Source: the human T2T-CHM13v2.0 reference genome, Homo sapiens. Taken from it: DNA of 64,000 nt. Below, piece by piece: positions 1 to 15,965 of the stretch. Made by a program: the position numbers and the translations under genes. The DNA lies in assembly GCF_009914755.1 (NCBI RefSeq), contig NC_060929.1; one strand, 5' to 3'. The stretch's first letter is position 1. Every line of letters begins with the position of its first letter. The notes under the pieces were generated by a model that was not told the DNA's origin, did not search any database, and saw only the letters and a list, made by a program, of their open reading frames with translations.

Positions 1-2092
<2,092 letters not shown>

Positions 2093-4717
2093 TCAATCAG
2101 TTCCTGGAACTTTTTTCTAACTCTACTGTTGTGACCAGATGTGGGAATGCTTATCATGGTTTATACACTACGATTGGTTTCTCTAGTATAACTTGACTGT
2201 GTACTCTTGACTTTTCTTGGTATGTCAGAATTGTTCCGTATAACTCAAACTTTCTCATGTGTACTAGAAGGCATGCATTTTCCTACACAGGGTACTAGTT
2301 TTCTCATTTACATGCCTCTGTAATGTAGTGTATACTCATTACCTAGGACACATATTCTTCTTGTGTCAGGTTAAAGGACCCTTTTCAACAGGTTCAACTT
2401 CCAGATTATCTAAATGAACTTCCCACAGGCAGAAGCAATCACACTACAGGAGGTTTTCCTTTACCTTTTTAGTAACTAGCCTAAAAACAAAGGTTTTATC
2501 TTTTATCAAGATAATTTCCTGTGTGGTTGTTTTTAGGTTTTTGATTACTCAGGAAAACTGAGCTTTAAATGTGTTAAGGGTTTTTTTTTTAATTCACATA
2601 ACTTTCTGTATTTCTTATAATGTCTTTTAATTATCACACTGATTAAATGAATGACTATTGTTTCACTGTTACCTGGAATCCTGTTTTGATCAAATGTTTT
2701 GAAGCTTTTGACTTCTTTGGCAGGCCTCTCGGTACCAAAGTTCTATATTACGTCTTTTTGACTAAAATTAACTTTGAGATTTATCAGTTGGGACATTTGA
2801 CAGTCTCAAAGATGTATCTCTCATATAATCTTATATATGTATTAAATCATTAGACTTGTTTTGTAAATTGCATAAGAAACATTGTCAAAAGATAAGTGAT
2901 AGTATATCTTCTTTTATATACATTTATGAGTATAGTATTAATAGGAATGTTCCAAAATTGTACAAAACTCTCAGAAATCTTTCATTAGTTGGAATTCTGG
3001 ATAATATGTTATACGCCACAAAATAACTAACGTTCCTTGTCTATTGCTAATTATAATGAACTTTAATCAGATGTTAACCTTGGCTATTCTAAGTTTTTGT
3101 CATCTACAGTCATTGTTTTGATTTTTCTTTAAAAACATCTGCAATCAGTTACAGTTCAAAATGTTTTTTTTAATGGAAAAGACTCTAACAAATACCCTTG
3201 AGCACAGATTTCTAATAACTTTAAAGTCAATGAACTAAATAATTTTTTTCAAAACTCTAATGAAGAAACTGATGGATTCATGAAGCTATTAATCAAGATA
3301 AAGCAAAACAAAAACCAATTACATGAGATTGAATAGTGATGAAGATAGTGCTTTTGTGATTTGTATTTAAAACACTGTTCATTCTTTACTTAAATGTTTT
3401 ATTTTCCAGATATAACAAAATTTCTCTTTAGCTTTCTACAGTTTACAACAATTTGATAAAGTATACTTTGTTAACAAAAATGAAAGCATTTACTTTTTAT
3501 CCCTACTTCATTCCTTGAAAATTCAAAAACTATTCATGAGTATTCTTATGACAATATGGTTATTCACATAAGTCCAATAAAACTCTGCTCTCTCCTTACG
3601 ATAAAATATAACACTGATTATATTACCAAAGCTTTCACTAAAATAGCATTTTGAAAATGTATAGAATGCTTGGCTTCAAGATTTCTCTGCCTTGTAGTGA
3701 GTAGATAAAAACTGTCACTTGCTGACAGGCTGAGGAACCTTGACTCTAGGTATAATCTAGAGCCTACATGAGTTTGGCTTCCTAGCCTCAAGAAATTTTA
3801 TATCTGAGAATCATATGTGGTCAATGAAGAGGGGAAAAGTTATGTTTCTAAAGAAAGCTATAAAACATGCTATTAAATTGCAGCTCTGTACATTGTTTTC
3901 AAGTTTTGTTATCTGCATATAGACAAAACTAGATACTGAATTCTTCTAGATTTCTACAATCCAAATTTTTTCCATGAAATTACTAAAATTAGGAACTGCA
4001 CTGTTCCTAAAATATTATGTGCTACAACTAGATACGTTGTAAGAAACATGTCTTGTGCCTGATATATGGGCCACACGGAAAGTTTACCAAGATGCCCATG
4101 ACCATAACCATAGACGTTCAAACTGCAAACCGGGATGAAAAATTGATGTTTTTACATGTAGATAGGTTTCCCCAAGATATCAGAACAAGACTTCATATCA
4201 CAGAGAGACTCACCCCTCTAAATGCGTGTACCTTTTTCACTTGACAGGATAACAGTTATTTGATTTATTCAATTGGTTGCCTTTAAACTGAAGTTCATGG
4301 TTCAAAATCATTTGTAAACTGGGATTGTTATACTACTACTAGTTTTACTTTATACTTTCTTTTTTAAAACCTTATATCTGTTACTTGTTAATTTTTTATA
4401 GAAATACAACTCCTAACAGTTTAATGCTGGTCCAGCACTTAAAGATGATAGCAAAACACTAGGAAACAGAAAAAATTAACCTTAATGATGGACTCTGGTT
4501 AGATTAAGCTTTAGAGTCATTCTCTTCAAACTTCCCTTGTTGCTCAAATGTGGCTAAAAGGGTTTTGACACTACTAGTGCCCTTTACTCCCTCCAACATG
4601 GAACCAGACCAGTAACCGTGGACAAGTTCATCTTGGCACTGAGGAACATCAAAACCTATCTACAGGATGATTTATCAGTGATGCTTTTGAAGAAATATCT
4701 TGATCAAAAGGGAAAAA
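2093..4717 (+). mobile_element. ERV1 (MER4-group, MER65-int-like) non-coding internal sequence
   Basis: AT-rich MER4-group-like internal sequence ending in a polypurine tract (aaaagggaaaaa, ~4706-4717) directly before an LTR. Degenerate env-TM-like codons at ~4265-4370. Confidence 0.7.
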
Positions 4718-5160
4718 TGTGAAAAGTGTCAGAGTCAAAATGGAGTCACTTGTATTGAAAACAAAACAAAACAAAACACTTGATAAATAGAACTAGGGAA
4801 GGCTATGAAAAGAGAGTTTTTATGCATAAATGCCTAATAACAAGAGCTTACACCAAAGACTGCGCAACCCACAGATTTGCACAAGGTCATCACAACCTCA
4901 CACACAAAATATTTTTCTAAGGCAACTGTATCTAACCTCAAACTACCATCACCCTTGTTACTGATCTTTGTAGCCAAAGATAATATTCTCAGAACAATTA
5001 TGTAATCCTCTTCATTTTTCCTTTAAAAACTTTTGTCTTTCTTAACCTTCCTGAATATGCACATAGTTTACTATGGCTTGCATATTCTCATTGCCATGCC
5101 CTATCCCCAAATAAATATATTTTTTAGTGATTCTCTCTGTTTTTGTTATGTAGCTTGACA
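4718..5160 (+). mobile_element. MER65-like LTR (3' LTR)
   Basis: Begins TGTGAAAAGTGTCAGAGTCAAAATGGAGTCACT after the PPT, has AATAAA near 5110 and ends TTGACA. Matches the recalled MER65 consensus. Confidence 0.75.
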
Positions 5161-5349
5161 ATGCAAACCAGAAGACCTAGGTTTTCTTCCTCCTCTAATA
5201 TCTCAATATACAAAATAGAATGGAAAGAAAAGAAGGAAATGGAGAGCTGCTGATTCTGAATGTAACAGAGTGAAGCACAGTCATCCTCTCAACTTTACAT
5301 ATACAAGTCTACTTATGAAGTTGAGAAGACCTGAGGGGCTGGTTAGATT

Positions 5350-5413
5350 CACACACACATACACACATGCACACACACTCATACACAACACACACACACA
5401 AAGAGAGAGAGAG
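5350..5413. repeat. Imperfect (CA)n followed by (GA)n microsatellite
   Basis: Direct reading. Confidence 0.9.
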
Positions 5414-5839
5414 AAATTTTTTCATATGCAAAAAAGAAAGATTGGGGAAAATGCAACAAAGGCTACTCATTCCTGAAATAATTAATGTAAATTCCCTATA
5501 TAAACTAAATCTGTGAGCCGACACATAGTAGCACTCAACTGGGACTTATGTACCTCTTAATTGGACTTTTACAGCTTACAGAGCTAAATGTGATATAATC
5601 TATGATTTTTGCTGTCTACAAACATACTTACAATGAATATGCTGTGATTAAGAGGGTGTTGCTAATTTTTGATACTTTGATACTTTTTATGCCTTTAACA
5701 TTATTCTTTCTTGGCTACTTATCCTTTTTCTACTACTATTCTTCATATTTATTGCTTCAATCTATACTCAAATTTAATTCAATAGATAAATTAATAATTC
5801 TCATATTTCTAGCCAGTATTTTTGAAGACTTATTTTAAA

Positions 5840-6480
5840 ATATATACATTTTAGATTGAAATAATATATGCTCATTGTACAAAATTTGAAAAATACAGAA
5901 AAATATAAAGAGTAAAGAAAAAAATCCCCAATAATACCTTACTCAAAGATCATTTTGGTGTATTTCATTTGTTTATTTTCTATGAGTTCATATATATATC
6001 TTTCCCCTCAAAATTCTGTATTAAAGAATATACATAATTTAGCACTTTACTCTTTAAGATATATTTTCGTCCATATTAAAATTCCTCAAAATTACAGGTT
6101 TGAAATGGGATATTATTTTATTTAATTTTTCTTTTGTTTTTGGACATTTAATTTTTTATTAATTATAACATAAGTAATATTGTAAATATTCTTGTACATA
6201 AGTCTTTTTCTCAATCTTTGATGGGTTATGTATGGTGAGTTCCTAGGAGTGGAATTACTGGAATAATAGATCTGCATACCAAGCCCTCCTCCCATAAGCC
6301 ATACTTGAGAATGTCTTTCTTACAAGTTGTAGAAGTCATCTATTTTTAAATGTAAGTTTTAATTTGGACATTTTGATTACTGTGGAGGTGAAAAATTTTC
6401 AATCTTGCTGGTTATATGTATTTTATTTTTAAATTGTCTGCCATGTCCTCTACTTACTTGTCTGAGTGGGCTTGTTTATT
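5840..6480 (-). mobile_element. Ancient L1ME-like 3' remnant
   Basis: Degenerate L1M 3'-end motifs (e.g. ttcctaggagtggaattactgg). Boundaries approximate. Confidence 0.5.
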
Positions 6481-6779
6481 GACTTATGAAGCATTAACAC
6501 TCTCTTCTGTCATCATTGTTGTGGCTGCTCGTTCATGTAGATGATCCATCCCCACTCATCACCCTAGACCCTCAGCAACTTTTCTTCTCAAACCACTTTT
6601 ATTTCCTCATTCTGAATTCAGCCAACCGTTTTTATGATCAGCATTGTAGCTTGCCATGCCCAGTAGAGCTGCCACTTCAGGAAAACTGATTTTGATAATT
6701 ATTTTCTGTGGACTTCTCTTCTTTTTCCTCCTCTAGACTCAAGCTGACATTCTTCACATTTTGTGTCATCTGTTCTCTG

Positions 6780-6920
6780 AATATGTGATCTTTGAACGTT
6801 TCTGAACTATGTTATGACTCAGTATCTTCATCTGTAAAATGAGATCAATACCAGTCCTTTGTTATGACATTGTTATGAGCCCAGTTGACACATAGTAGGT
6901 GCTCAGTAATTGTTACCTAT
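6780..6920 (+). mobile_element. MIR fragment
   Basis: MIR core ctcagtatcttcatctgtaaaatg and tail acatagtaggtgctcagtaa. Confidence 0.7.
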
Positions 6921-7118
6921 TATGATCACAGTAATAGTACCTATGTGATAATTTTTCTCCTTCATTAAGAAATACAGTGTAAGTCTACATCTTATATCTT
7001 CCCCACTTCTAAACTTAGATCCTGTAGTCCAACCTCATTAAAAATAGCCTTACTCCTTTATGTTTGCCACCCTTTTTGTTATACCCAATCCTAGTTAAAT
7101 TCCGCTATTTATTTATTT

Positions 7119-7878
<760 letters not shown>

Positions 7879-8069
7879 TGTGGCTTCACTGAAGCAGGGG
7901 AAAAATAGGTAGAGAATATTAATTGTATATTATATATCTGTAGGAAATTATATAATTAGGTCAACTAGTATCACTTCAATTTATAATTACGTGTGCCTAC
8001 TGTGTATTTATCATTAGCCAAACAGTCATATTGCATTTCGTTTTATGTTCTTTGTTTTCATGAAACTGT

Positions 8070-8510
8070 CTTGTCAATTTCACCATTGGTTTCCATTTTG
8101 CTAAATCTGACGGTCGGTTCTTTGCCTCAGTAATCTACCTTAAACTCTCAGGAATGCTTGACACAGTAAAGCTTCGTCTATGAAGGCACTCCATGTTTGT
8201 ATGTTTGTTGATGCTTCCCTCTTTTAATATTTTCTTCAATTTCTGTAGTTATGTCTTTTCAGGTTGTTTTTGTTGTTAGCTCTTCCTCCTCCTCCTCTTC
8301 CTCTATCTAAGCATTAAATATTAAAGAAGCGAGCTCAATTCTGGCAGTTGTCATTCTCCCTATTTTCATTTTCTCTCTCTAGAGTCTAACCTTATTCTAT
8401 AAAAACAGTAACATCTACCTATTGTCGCTTCTCAAACTTAAATCTGTACCTGTAACTTCTTCCTCTTAACTAGAGACTCTTACAGTAAGCTGCCGAATTG
8501 GTGTCACCAT
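8070..8510 (+). mobile_element. L2 remnant
   Basis: Degenerate L2 motifs (ttgctaaatc...cttgacacagt, ctcaaactta). Confidence 0.5.
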
Positions 8511-10537
8511 TTGTTTAAGGTATTGGGAGATTATTTCTTTTTCATAATTTTTAAAGTTTTAAAGCATGTCTATTTTATTATTTTGGTATGTTTAGAATGG
8601 GGATGTTTCTGGATATGTTCAATCTGTTTTCCTGGAAATCAGGTGATTTGGTAAGAAAGAAACAACTGTAAGAATGGAATCCCCAAAATAAATTTTCTAC
8701 AGACTTGCCCAAGTGCTAGGCCATACATTTAAATTGTTTAAGGACATGCTTATACAAGCTTTCCATAGAAAAAGTGTGAAGTATTCTTTCCATAGAAAAG
8801 CCTGTGAAGTATTATTTAACTCTCTCTTATTTTATATCATCTTTGAGGAAAAAAAAGATAGAAAATCTTACATGGTATTAATAAAAACACAGTGATTATT
8901 CAAAAAAGTGTTCATTTAATACAAATTAATACTAGCGCATTATCTCTGCATATTTTGACCAGTGTATTCAGACAAATTGGTGGATTAGTTTTAGGTTGTC
9001 TTATTCTTTCTTATAATGTTTCAATAATAAATTGTTTTAGGAATCTACCAAATTCTTTAAACCCAACTCTGTTAATGTGTGAATCTGTACACGTTAAAAA
9101 TGTGACACATGAATCACTTTTTAGAAATGAATTAAACAGCATATGTTAAATTAGTGTGTACATTTTCCTATAAAAGTATAAGCAAAAAGCCGATTAACAC
9201 TCATAGAGTTACACGCGTTGATCAAGACAGGATATACCCTCCTGTATTTATTTATTTGATCATTCTTACAAGTAAATTGTACATATTTTCATAGCTACTT
9301 TATATAATAATATCACGTAACTATTATTTATACTACTGAAATAAATTTAACTGACAGATGAAACAGCAGCAAAAAGCTCTTGAGGTTTCCAGATAATTTT
9401 TAAAATGACTATATATTTACTCCATGGACTTTAATGGTATTTCTACCACTTAAAATATACACAATAAATATGTGCAGTTATTTTGTCCAAATGTGTACAT
9501 GAAAATGAGAACAATATTTTTAAAATATAACCAGAAAATCACCCAGTATATACTTATCAAATCTCACGTAGCTGTATTCAAACTCTTCTCTCTTTTAAGT
9601 TTCTTACTGGAATAATGTAAAGTGTAAAGCTCTCCAAAATTCATTTTTGCATAATCAAATAATTTAGCTAATTCAATCTGCATTATGAAAATAAAATGTT
9701 ACTATTATACCAGAAACCATAAAACTGGAGATTTTTGAAAATTTCTCCTACCTGCCAAAATGTCTGTCCCCAGAGCTAGTTCAAGCACATTTATAACTGA
9801 ACAGCATCTCAGTCATTCTGGGGGTACTGTTATAGACTTAAATATATCTAAGTAACAGAACCATAAAAAGGATAAGGCATGTTATCTAATTTAGCACCTA
9901 TACTTCAACTTAAATGTTTAGATTAGTCAATTATTTTCTTGTTAGACATTTCCCAATGTCCCAAATATTTCAATATTTTGTTATTCTGATGATCAAGAAG
10001 TTCTCATTCATTTCCAACAAAACTCTCTCCTAAGTTTATTCTTTTTGAAAAGCTATACTTGAAAATAGAAATGGAGTAAGTACATATAGTTAGGGTCAGT
10101 TTTCTATATGGAAGGGAAAGAAATGCATAAAGATATAAAAAAGGTATCCTGAGGATGGTGCATACAGATGTGCAGTTCTGCACCACACAAAGGTCTCTGT
10201 CAGAACAAATGAGAGAAGCCTGATACCTAACGAACCTTTCACTTGCCAAGCTATGTGGCCTTGTACAGGACTGCCTCAGCCTGGTGGAAGGGAGGCCTTT
10301 TTGTTTGTTTGCTTTCGCTGTTTGGTCATGAAGCAACCAAATGATAAACAAATGAACAGCCTGAAGACTATGTCTGCCTAGAAAAGGTGATTTTTTTAAA
10401 TACCATAATTTAGGATCTCCACTTGCAAAATATTGGGTAGCAGTGGTGCTCACTTGACCTTTCTATTTTTATGCATTTAGGAAAGGAAGGAGTGAGTAAA
10501 ATGAAAGCAGATCCAAAAAGCTTTGTAAAAGACTCAC

Positions 10538-10629
10538 CTTAATCTATTTTGAACATGATTTATTTAGCCCAGAAGAATTGTCAGTTGATTAACTCACACA
10601 AGTGCTGAACATAGACAATGCAAAGTTTT
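10538..10629 (-). other. Candidate 92-nt non-coding exon
   Basis: On the minus strand: long U-rich tract ending cccacag| and donor AAG|GTGAGT. Stops in all three frames. Confidence 0.35.
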
Positions 10630-11530
10630 CTGTGGGACAAAACAAAACAAAACAAACAGACAAAAGAAATCAGCATTAAAATCTCTCTTCCAAAAATTCA
10701 CTTTTGGGAGGAAGAGAGGACTGGCTTGGTTTGATAATATTCCCACTCTAGTAACAGTAGAATTTCATACTTAGGATGGACTTTTGAGATAAGTGAAGAC
10801 AGAATTTCTATTTTACGATGAAGAAAATCAGTTGGAGGAAAAAACAAAATAAAACTCAGGGATATTATGAGATTTTTAGGCTAGTTAATGGGAAACAACT
10901 CAGATATTATTTTTTTCAGATTTGAAAAATTCATTCCATTGTTCCTTCCTGTATACCCTTATAAAAATTGCTGCATTTATCAACAATTTATATGTATTAA
11001 CTCTCAAAATACTGATATTTTCCTTATCATCATTTTATAGATGAGGGCACTAATGCACATATAATTTGTTGGCTAAAATCACACAGCTTGACCAAACTTC
11101 TTTGGTCCAAAAGACATTGACCAAAGAAGCATTCAAGGTCAAACAGTGTGATGCCAGTACCTGTGAACTTAACTTTCACAACCTATTGATTCCCTTAAAA
11201 CTTGGGTTGACAAGTTAGGAGATTATACATAAAATAAGGAATCATTCAATTAATGCCATTTCAGACTGACATTTTTGATATCTGTATAGGAGTCCTAAGA
11301 ATAAAGGAATCCTTCAATGAAAGTGAACTGAAAAGTCATCCTGCAAGTGACTCAAGTTGGATCTTGACAGATGGGAAGGGTTTGAATTGGGTAAAAAGTA
11401 TATATTGGTAGGTGAAGAGGCCATTCTAATCAAGGAAATGACCTGTTTAAAAAAAGTTGGGAGTTATCAAGCTATATTCAAGAAAGAATTAGGTCATATT
11501 ATAGAGGTTTTAAAAATCAAATTAGAGATG

Positions 11531-11700
11531 CTTCCCCCTTCTCTCTCTTTCTTTCTTTCTCTTCCTTCCTTTCTTTCCCTTCCTTCCTTCCTTGCTTCTT
11601 TCCTTCCTTCCTTCCTTTTCCCTCCCTCCCTCCCTTCCTTCCTTCCATCCTTCCTTCCATTCTTCCTTTCTTTCCTTTCTATTATTTTTCTTTTTTTGCT
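11531..11700. repeat. Polypyrimidine (CCTT)n/(CTTT)n low-complexity tract
   Basis: Direct reading. Confidence 0.95.
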
Positions 11701-13100
11701 GCAATGGATGAAATGAAAAGCAAATGGTTAATAAACGTAATGAGTCATGGTCTTCATTGGGCCATACTATTGTACTTGGTTTCGATTTAAATATAAATAT
11801 ATAGAGAAGACACAGCAAAATGTTTACAGTTGTTCAGCAGAAACAACTTATAAGTGGTATTTGTTAATGTCTTGCTGTGTATTATGCTTCTCATAATGAT
11901 GTTTTCACTATATATTTCAACTTTCAATGCAATAAACTCAAAAATAATTTTTTAAAAAGTGGTGACATTATTCAAAACTGTCACTGTGAATTGGCAGAAG
12001 CCATTGGCCAAACAGAAAACATGCACATAGGCAAGAAAATATTAATTTCAGTCAAATGGGCTTTTAAAATGAAAACAGAATCAGACAGTGGGAGTTTCAA
12101 TTTGATTGAGTATAGTGAAAATCATAGCAATTGGTTATTTCAGGGTGATTGGTTATTTTCTCTACTCTGATATGGTATGCTTCAACCAGTTTTTAAATTC
12201 AATTTAACTTGATTATTTTACAAAAACACAAAATATATGTTTTATAAATAATCTTGGATCTGATATTTTTAACATAAGTCTTGTCTTATGGAAAGAGTTA
12301 AAAAAAGTGTTATTTTGAATTCTTACAAATATTACAAATTATAAATTACATAGTAGCATATGTACATGCTACAAACTATTAAAATATGTGTGTTAGTGCT
12401 TATGACAATATTTATATAAATCAGAAAACTTGATTATGCATAATATACAAAAAAATGTTTGGCTCAGTAATTTCTACTGTATTTTTGAGTATAATTGTGT
12501 TAAATTTTGATTAAACTATTATTCAAAAACAATTCACAATTTAAAATTCTCTTGTCATTTCGAAATGTTATTTTTACTATAACATTACTAAAAAGTGCTA
12601 ATAGTTTTTATTGTCAATTACATTTTTTGAAATGTGGAAACAATAATTTTAGAATATAAAAATGCTTAACATAAAATGCAAATAATTCAAAAGTGTTAGC
12701 TAGGCACGGAGCCTGCTGGATATTCCTACCAGGTTAATTACAGCTGTGCGAGTCTTTATTATTTTATGAAGAATCATCATTTTAAAGCATTCTTTAAAAT
12801 ATAGTATTATTTTAATTTGCTCCAATAAACATAAAAACAATTTTTGAAATTGCAAGACATTGGAATTTTTTTACTTTAATGGTAAAATAAGTAAAATATC
12901 ATAATTATAATGTGCTCTACTTTTAAGGTAGAAAAACTGATTATAATGAGCAATATCTCTTTCAAAAATTTTACAGGGATTTATATAATAAAACCATTTT
13001 AATGATGCGAGATGCACATATTCAGTTTAATCAACCTTATCTGTGACATCTTGAATAAGACATTATGAAGGATGTGAATCACTCATGGAAGGTTCCAGAG

Positions 13101-13283
13101 CAATAATTCTCAAACTTTAGCATGCATCAGAATTACTTGGAGGGCGTGTTAAAACATAGATTTCAGAGCCCCATCACCAGAGTTTCTGATTTGTCAGATT
13201 TGGGACGGGGCTTAAGAATTTGCATTTCTAACAATTTCTCCATTGATGGCAACACTAATGTTCTTAAACTTTGAAAACTCCTG
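13101..13283. mobile_element. MER5A (hAT-Charlie MITE)
   Basis: MER5A-like body (catcagaattacttggaggg...agaatttgcatttctaacaa). 8-bp TSD ttccagag (13093-13100) / ttctagag (13284-13291). Confidence 0.88.
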
Positions 13284-13773
13284 TTCTAGAGCATGTAAAA
13301 TCTTTATGTGTACTCTGAATCAAAGAAAAAATATTTATAACGCTTTTTCTTTAACTTTCCCTTTCATCAAACCGGCATGCATTATGTTATGAACCAGTTG
13401 TATGACCAACAGTTCATCTCTAGTGTAATGAAAAAAAAAAAAAGTCCTAAACTAGGAAGAAGACTTAGTCACGTCAGATTGGTCATGGACTACATCACTG
13501 GCTTTGGGTTAGACAAGGTCTTTGATTGTTAATTGTTTTTTTGTAAAATAAATATAACAATTCTCAAATTGCAGACTATATGTATGAGTGTTAAATAAAT
13601 GTGGGTTTTTTTTTTTTTTTGGTAAATTCTATGTCCATGCAAATGGAAGATACCAAATTATTTGTTTGAAGCTCAAAATTTCTTATAGGAATGGGTTATG
13701 TATGTTGGTGAAGTACTCAATTTAGTCTGTCAAAATCTGCTTGAACAACACAGAGCACTTTTTAAAAAATTTA

Positions 13774-14128
<355 letters not shown>

Positions 14129-14674
14129 TCAAATTCATCTATAGTACTTTTCCCAAAGGCAGCAATTCTTCAATATGTTCCTTTTGGGGAGTTATTGAGT
14201 CTGTCCAGCTTCCACAGAATCTGTCACAGTTTCTCAGAGTAAAAATGTTTGTTGCATTGAATGCATATATGCCTTTTGAAAAATACAATTGTGTATGTTG
14301 AACACTTGTTTTTAATTTATCGTTAATATTAGTATTTGACAGGTAAAAAACTGTTGTTAGGTTGGAAGGAAGTAGATAACAACTCATTTGAGTGTAAGGG
14401 CTTCTGTGTACTTTGAAAGGCTTCAGAGGTTAATACAAATATTACCTTATTGTGTCTAATTTCACTGCAAAATGTCAGATCTCAGTTTTTCTGAAAATAT
14501 GGTGAGTTGCCAGTACCAATCTGTACCTTTCAGACATGATCAGATGCTGATTGGGTCTACAAATTGGCCATACTCACATTACTTTCACTCTAAATGCTCA
14601 ATAATTTCCTCAATATTCAGAGTAGTTACCTTTTAAATTATTTTTTTAGATTCTTCTTTTTTGAAGTTTTATTT

Positions 14675-15965
14675 TGTGTTTAATTGACATATAATAATTT
14701 TACATATTATGGAGTACACAGTTTGATATTTTTATTCATGTACACATTGGATAATTAACATACCCATCACCTCAAACACTTGTCATTTCTTTGTGGTGAG
14801 AATAATTCAAAATCCTCTCTTTTGAAGCTATTTTGAAATATACAGTACATTACTGACTATAGTCACCCTACTGGGTGATAGAACACTGGAACTTGTTCCC
14901 CCTACTTAACTATAACTTTGTACCTACTGAACAGCCTCTCCCAATTCCCCATTCTCCTTGCTTTCTCCAACCACTGGTAACCACTGTTCTCCTCTTTATT
15001 TCTATGAGATCAATATTTTTAGATTTCACATGAGATAATGTGGTATTTGTCTTTCTTTGCTTGACTTATTTCACTTAACATAACGTCCTCTAGATTCAAT
15101 GATGTTGCAAATTAAAGGATTTTATTCTTTTTATGGATTAATAGTATTCCACTGTTTATGTATCCCACATTTTCGTTTAGCCATTCATCTGCTGATGAAC
15201 ACTTAGGTTGATTACATATCTTGGCAATTGTGAGTTGCGCTGCAAGAAACATGGAGGTGTAGACATCTCTTTGATGTATTGATCTCATTTATTTTGGTTA
15301 CAAACTCAGTGATGGGATTGCTAGATCATATGGTAGCTATGTTCATAATTTTTTGAAGAACTTTCAGGTTGTTGTCCATATGGCTATACTAATTTACATT
15401 TCCACCAACAGTGTGACTTTCTTTTCCTCTACATCCTTGCCATAATTTTTAAAATTTGTTGTCTTTTTGATAGTAGCCATCTATTTGGGGTGAGATAGCT
15501 CATAGTTTTAATTTGCATTTCTCTGGAGATTGGTGATGTTGAACATTTTTTCATATACTCATTGGCCATTTGTATATCTTCTTTTGATAAATGTTTATTT
15601 ACATGCACAAAAATAAAACTAGACCCCTTACCACTTAAAAAAAACTCAAAATGGATTAAATATTTAAACGTAAGACTCAAAACTGAACCTACTAGAAAAA
15701 AACACAAGAGAAATGCTTCATGACATTAGTCTGGGCAATGATTTTTTAAATAAGACCCCCAAAGCATAGGCAAGCAAAGTACAATGGGATTATATCCAAC
15801 TAAAAAGCTTTTGCACAGCATAGAAAATAATCAGCAGAGTAAAGAGACAACCTACACAATGGGAGATAGTGTTTGTGAACTGTGTATCTGACAATGGGCT
15901 AATATTAAGAATATATAAGGAACTCAACTCAAAAGCAAAATAACAAATAATCCAATTAAAAATGG
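14675..15965 (-). mobile_element. Old L1MA 3' fragment with 5' inversion (14675-15600 minus, 15601-15965 plus)
   Basis: L1MA-type 3'UTR on the minus strand, joined at ~15600 to the adjacent upstream ORF2 segment in the opposite orientation. TSD-like gaagttttatt (14663-14673) / gaagtttttatt (15966-15977). Confidence 0.85.

Noticed and set aside
10004-10453. 149-aa minus-strand ORF in unique DNA
   Set aside because: Non-ATG start, no recognisable domain and no coding-like composition.
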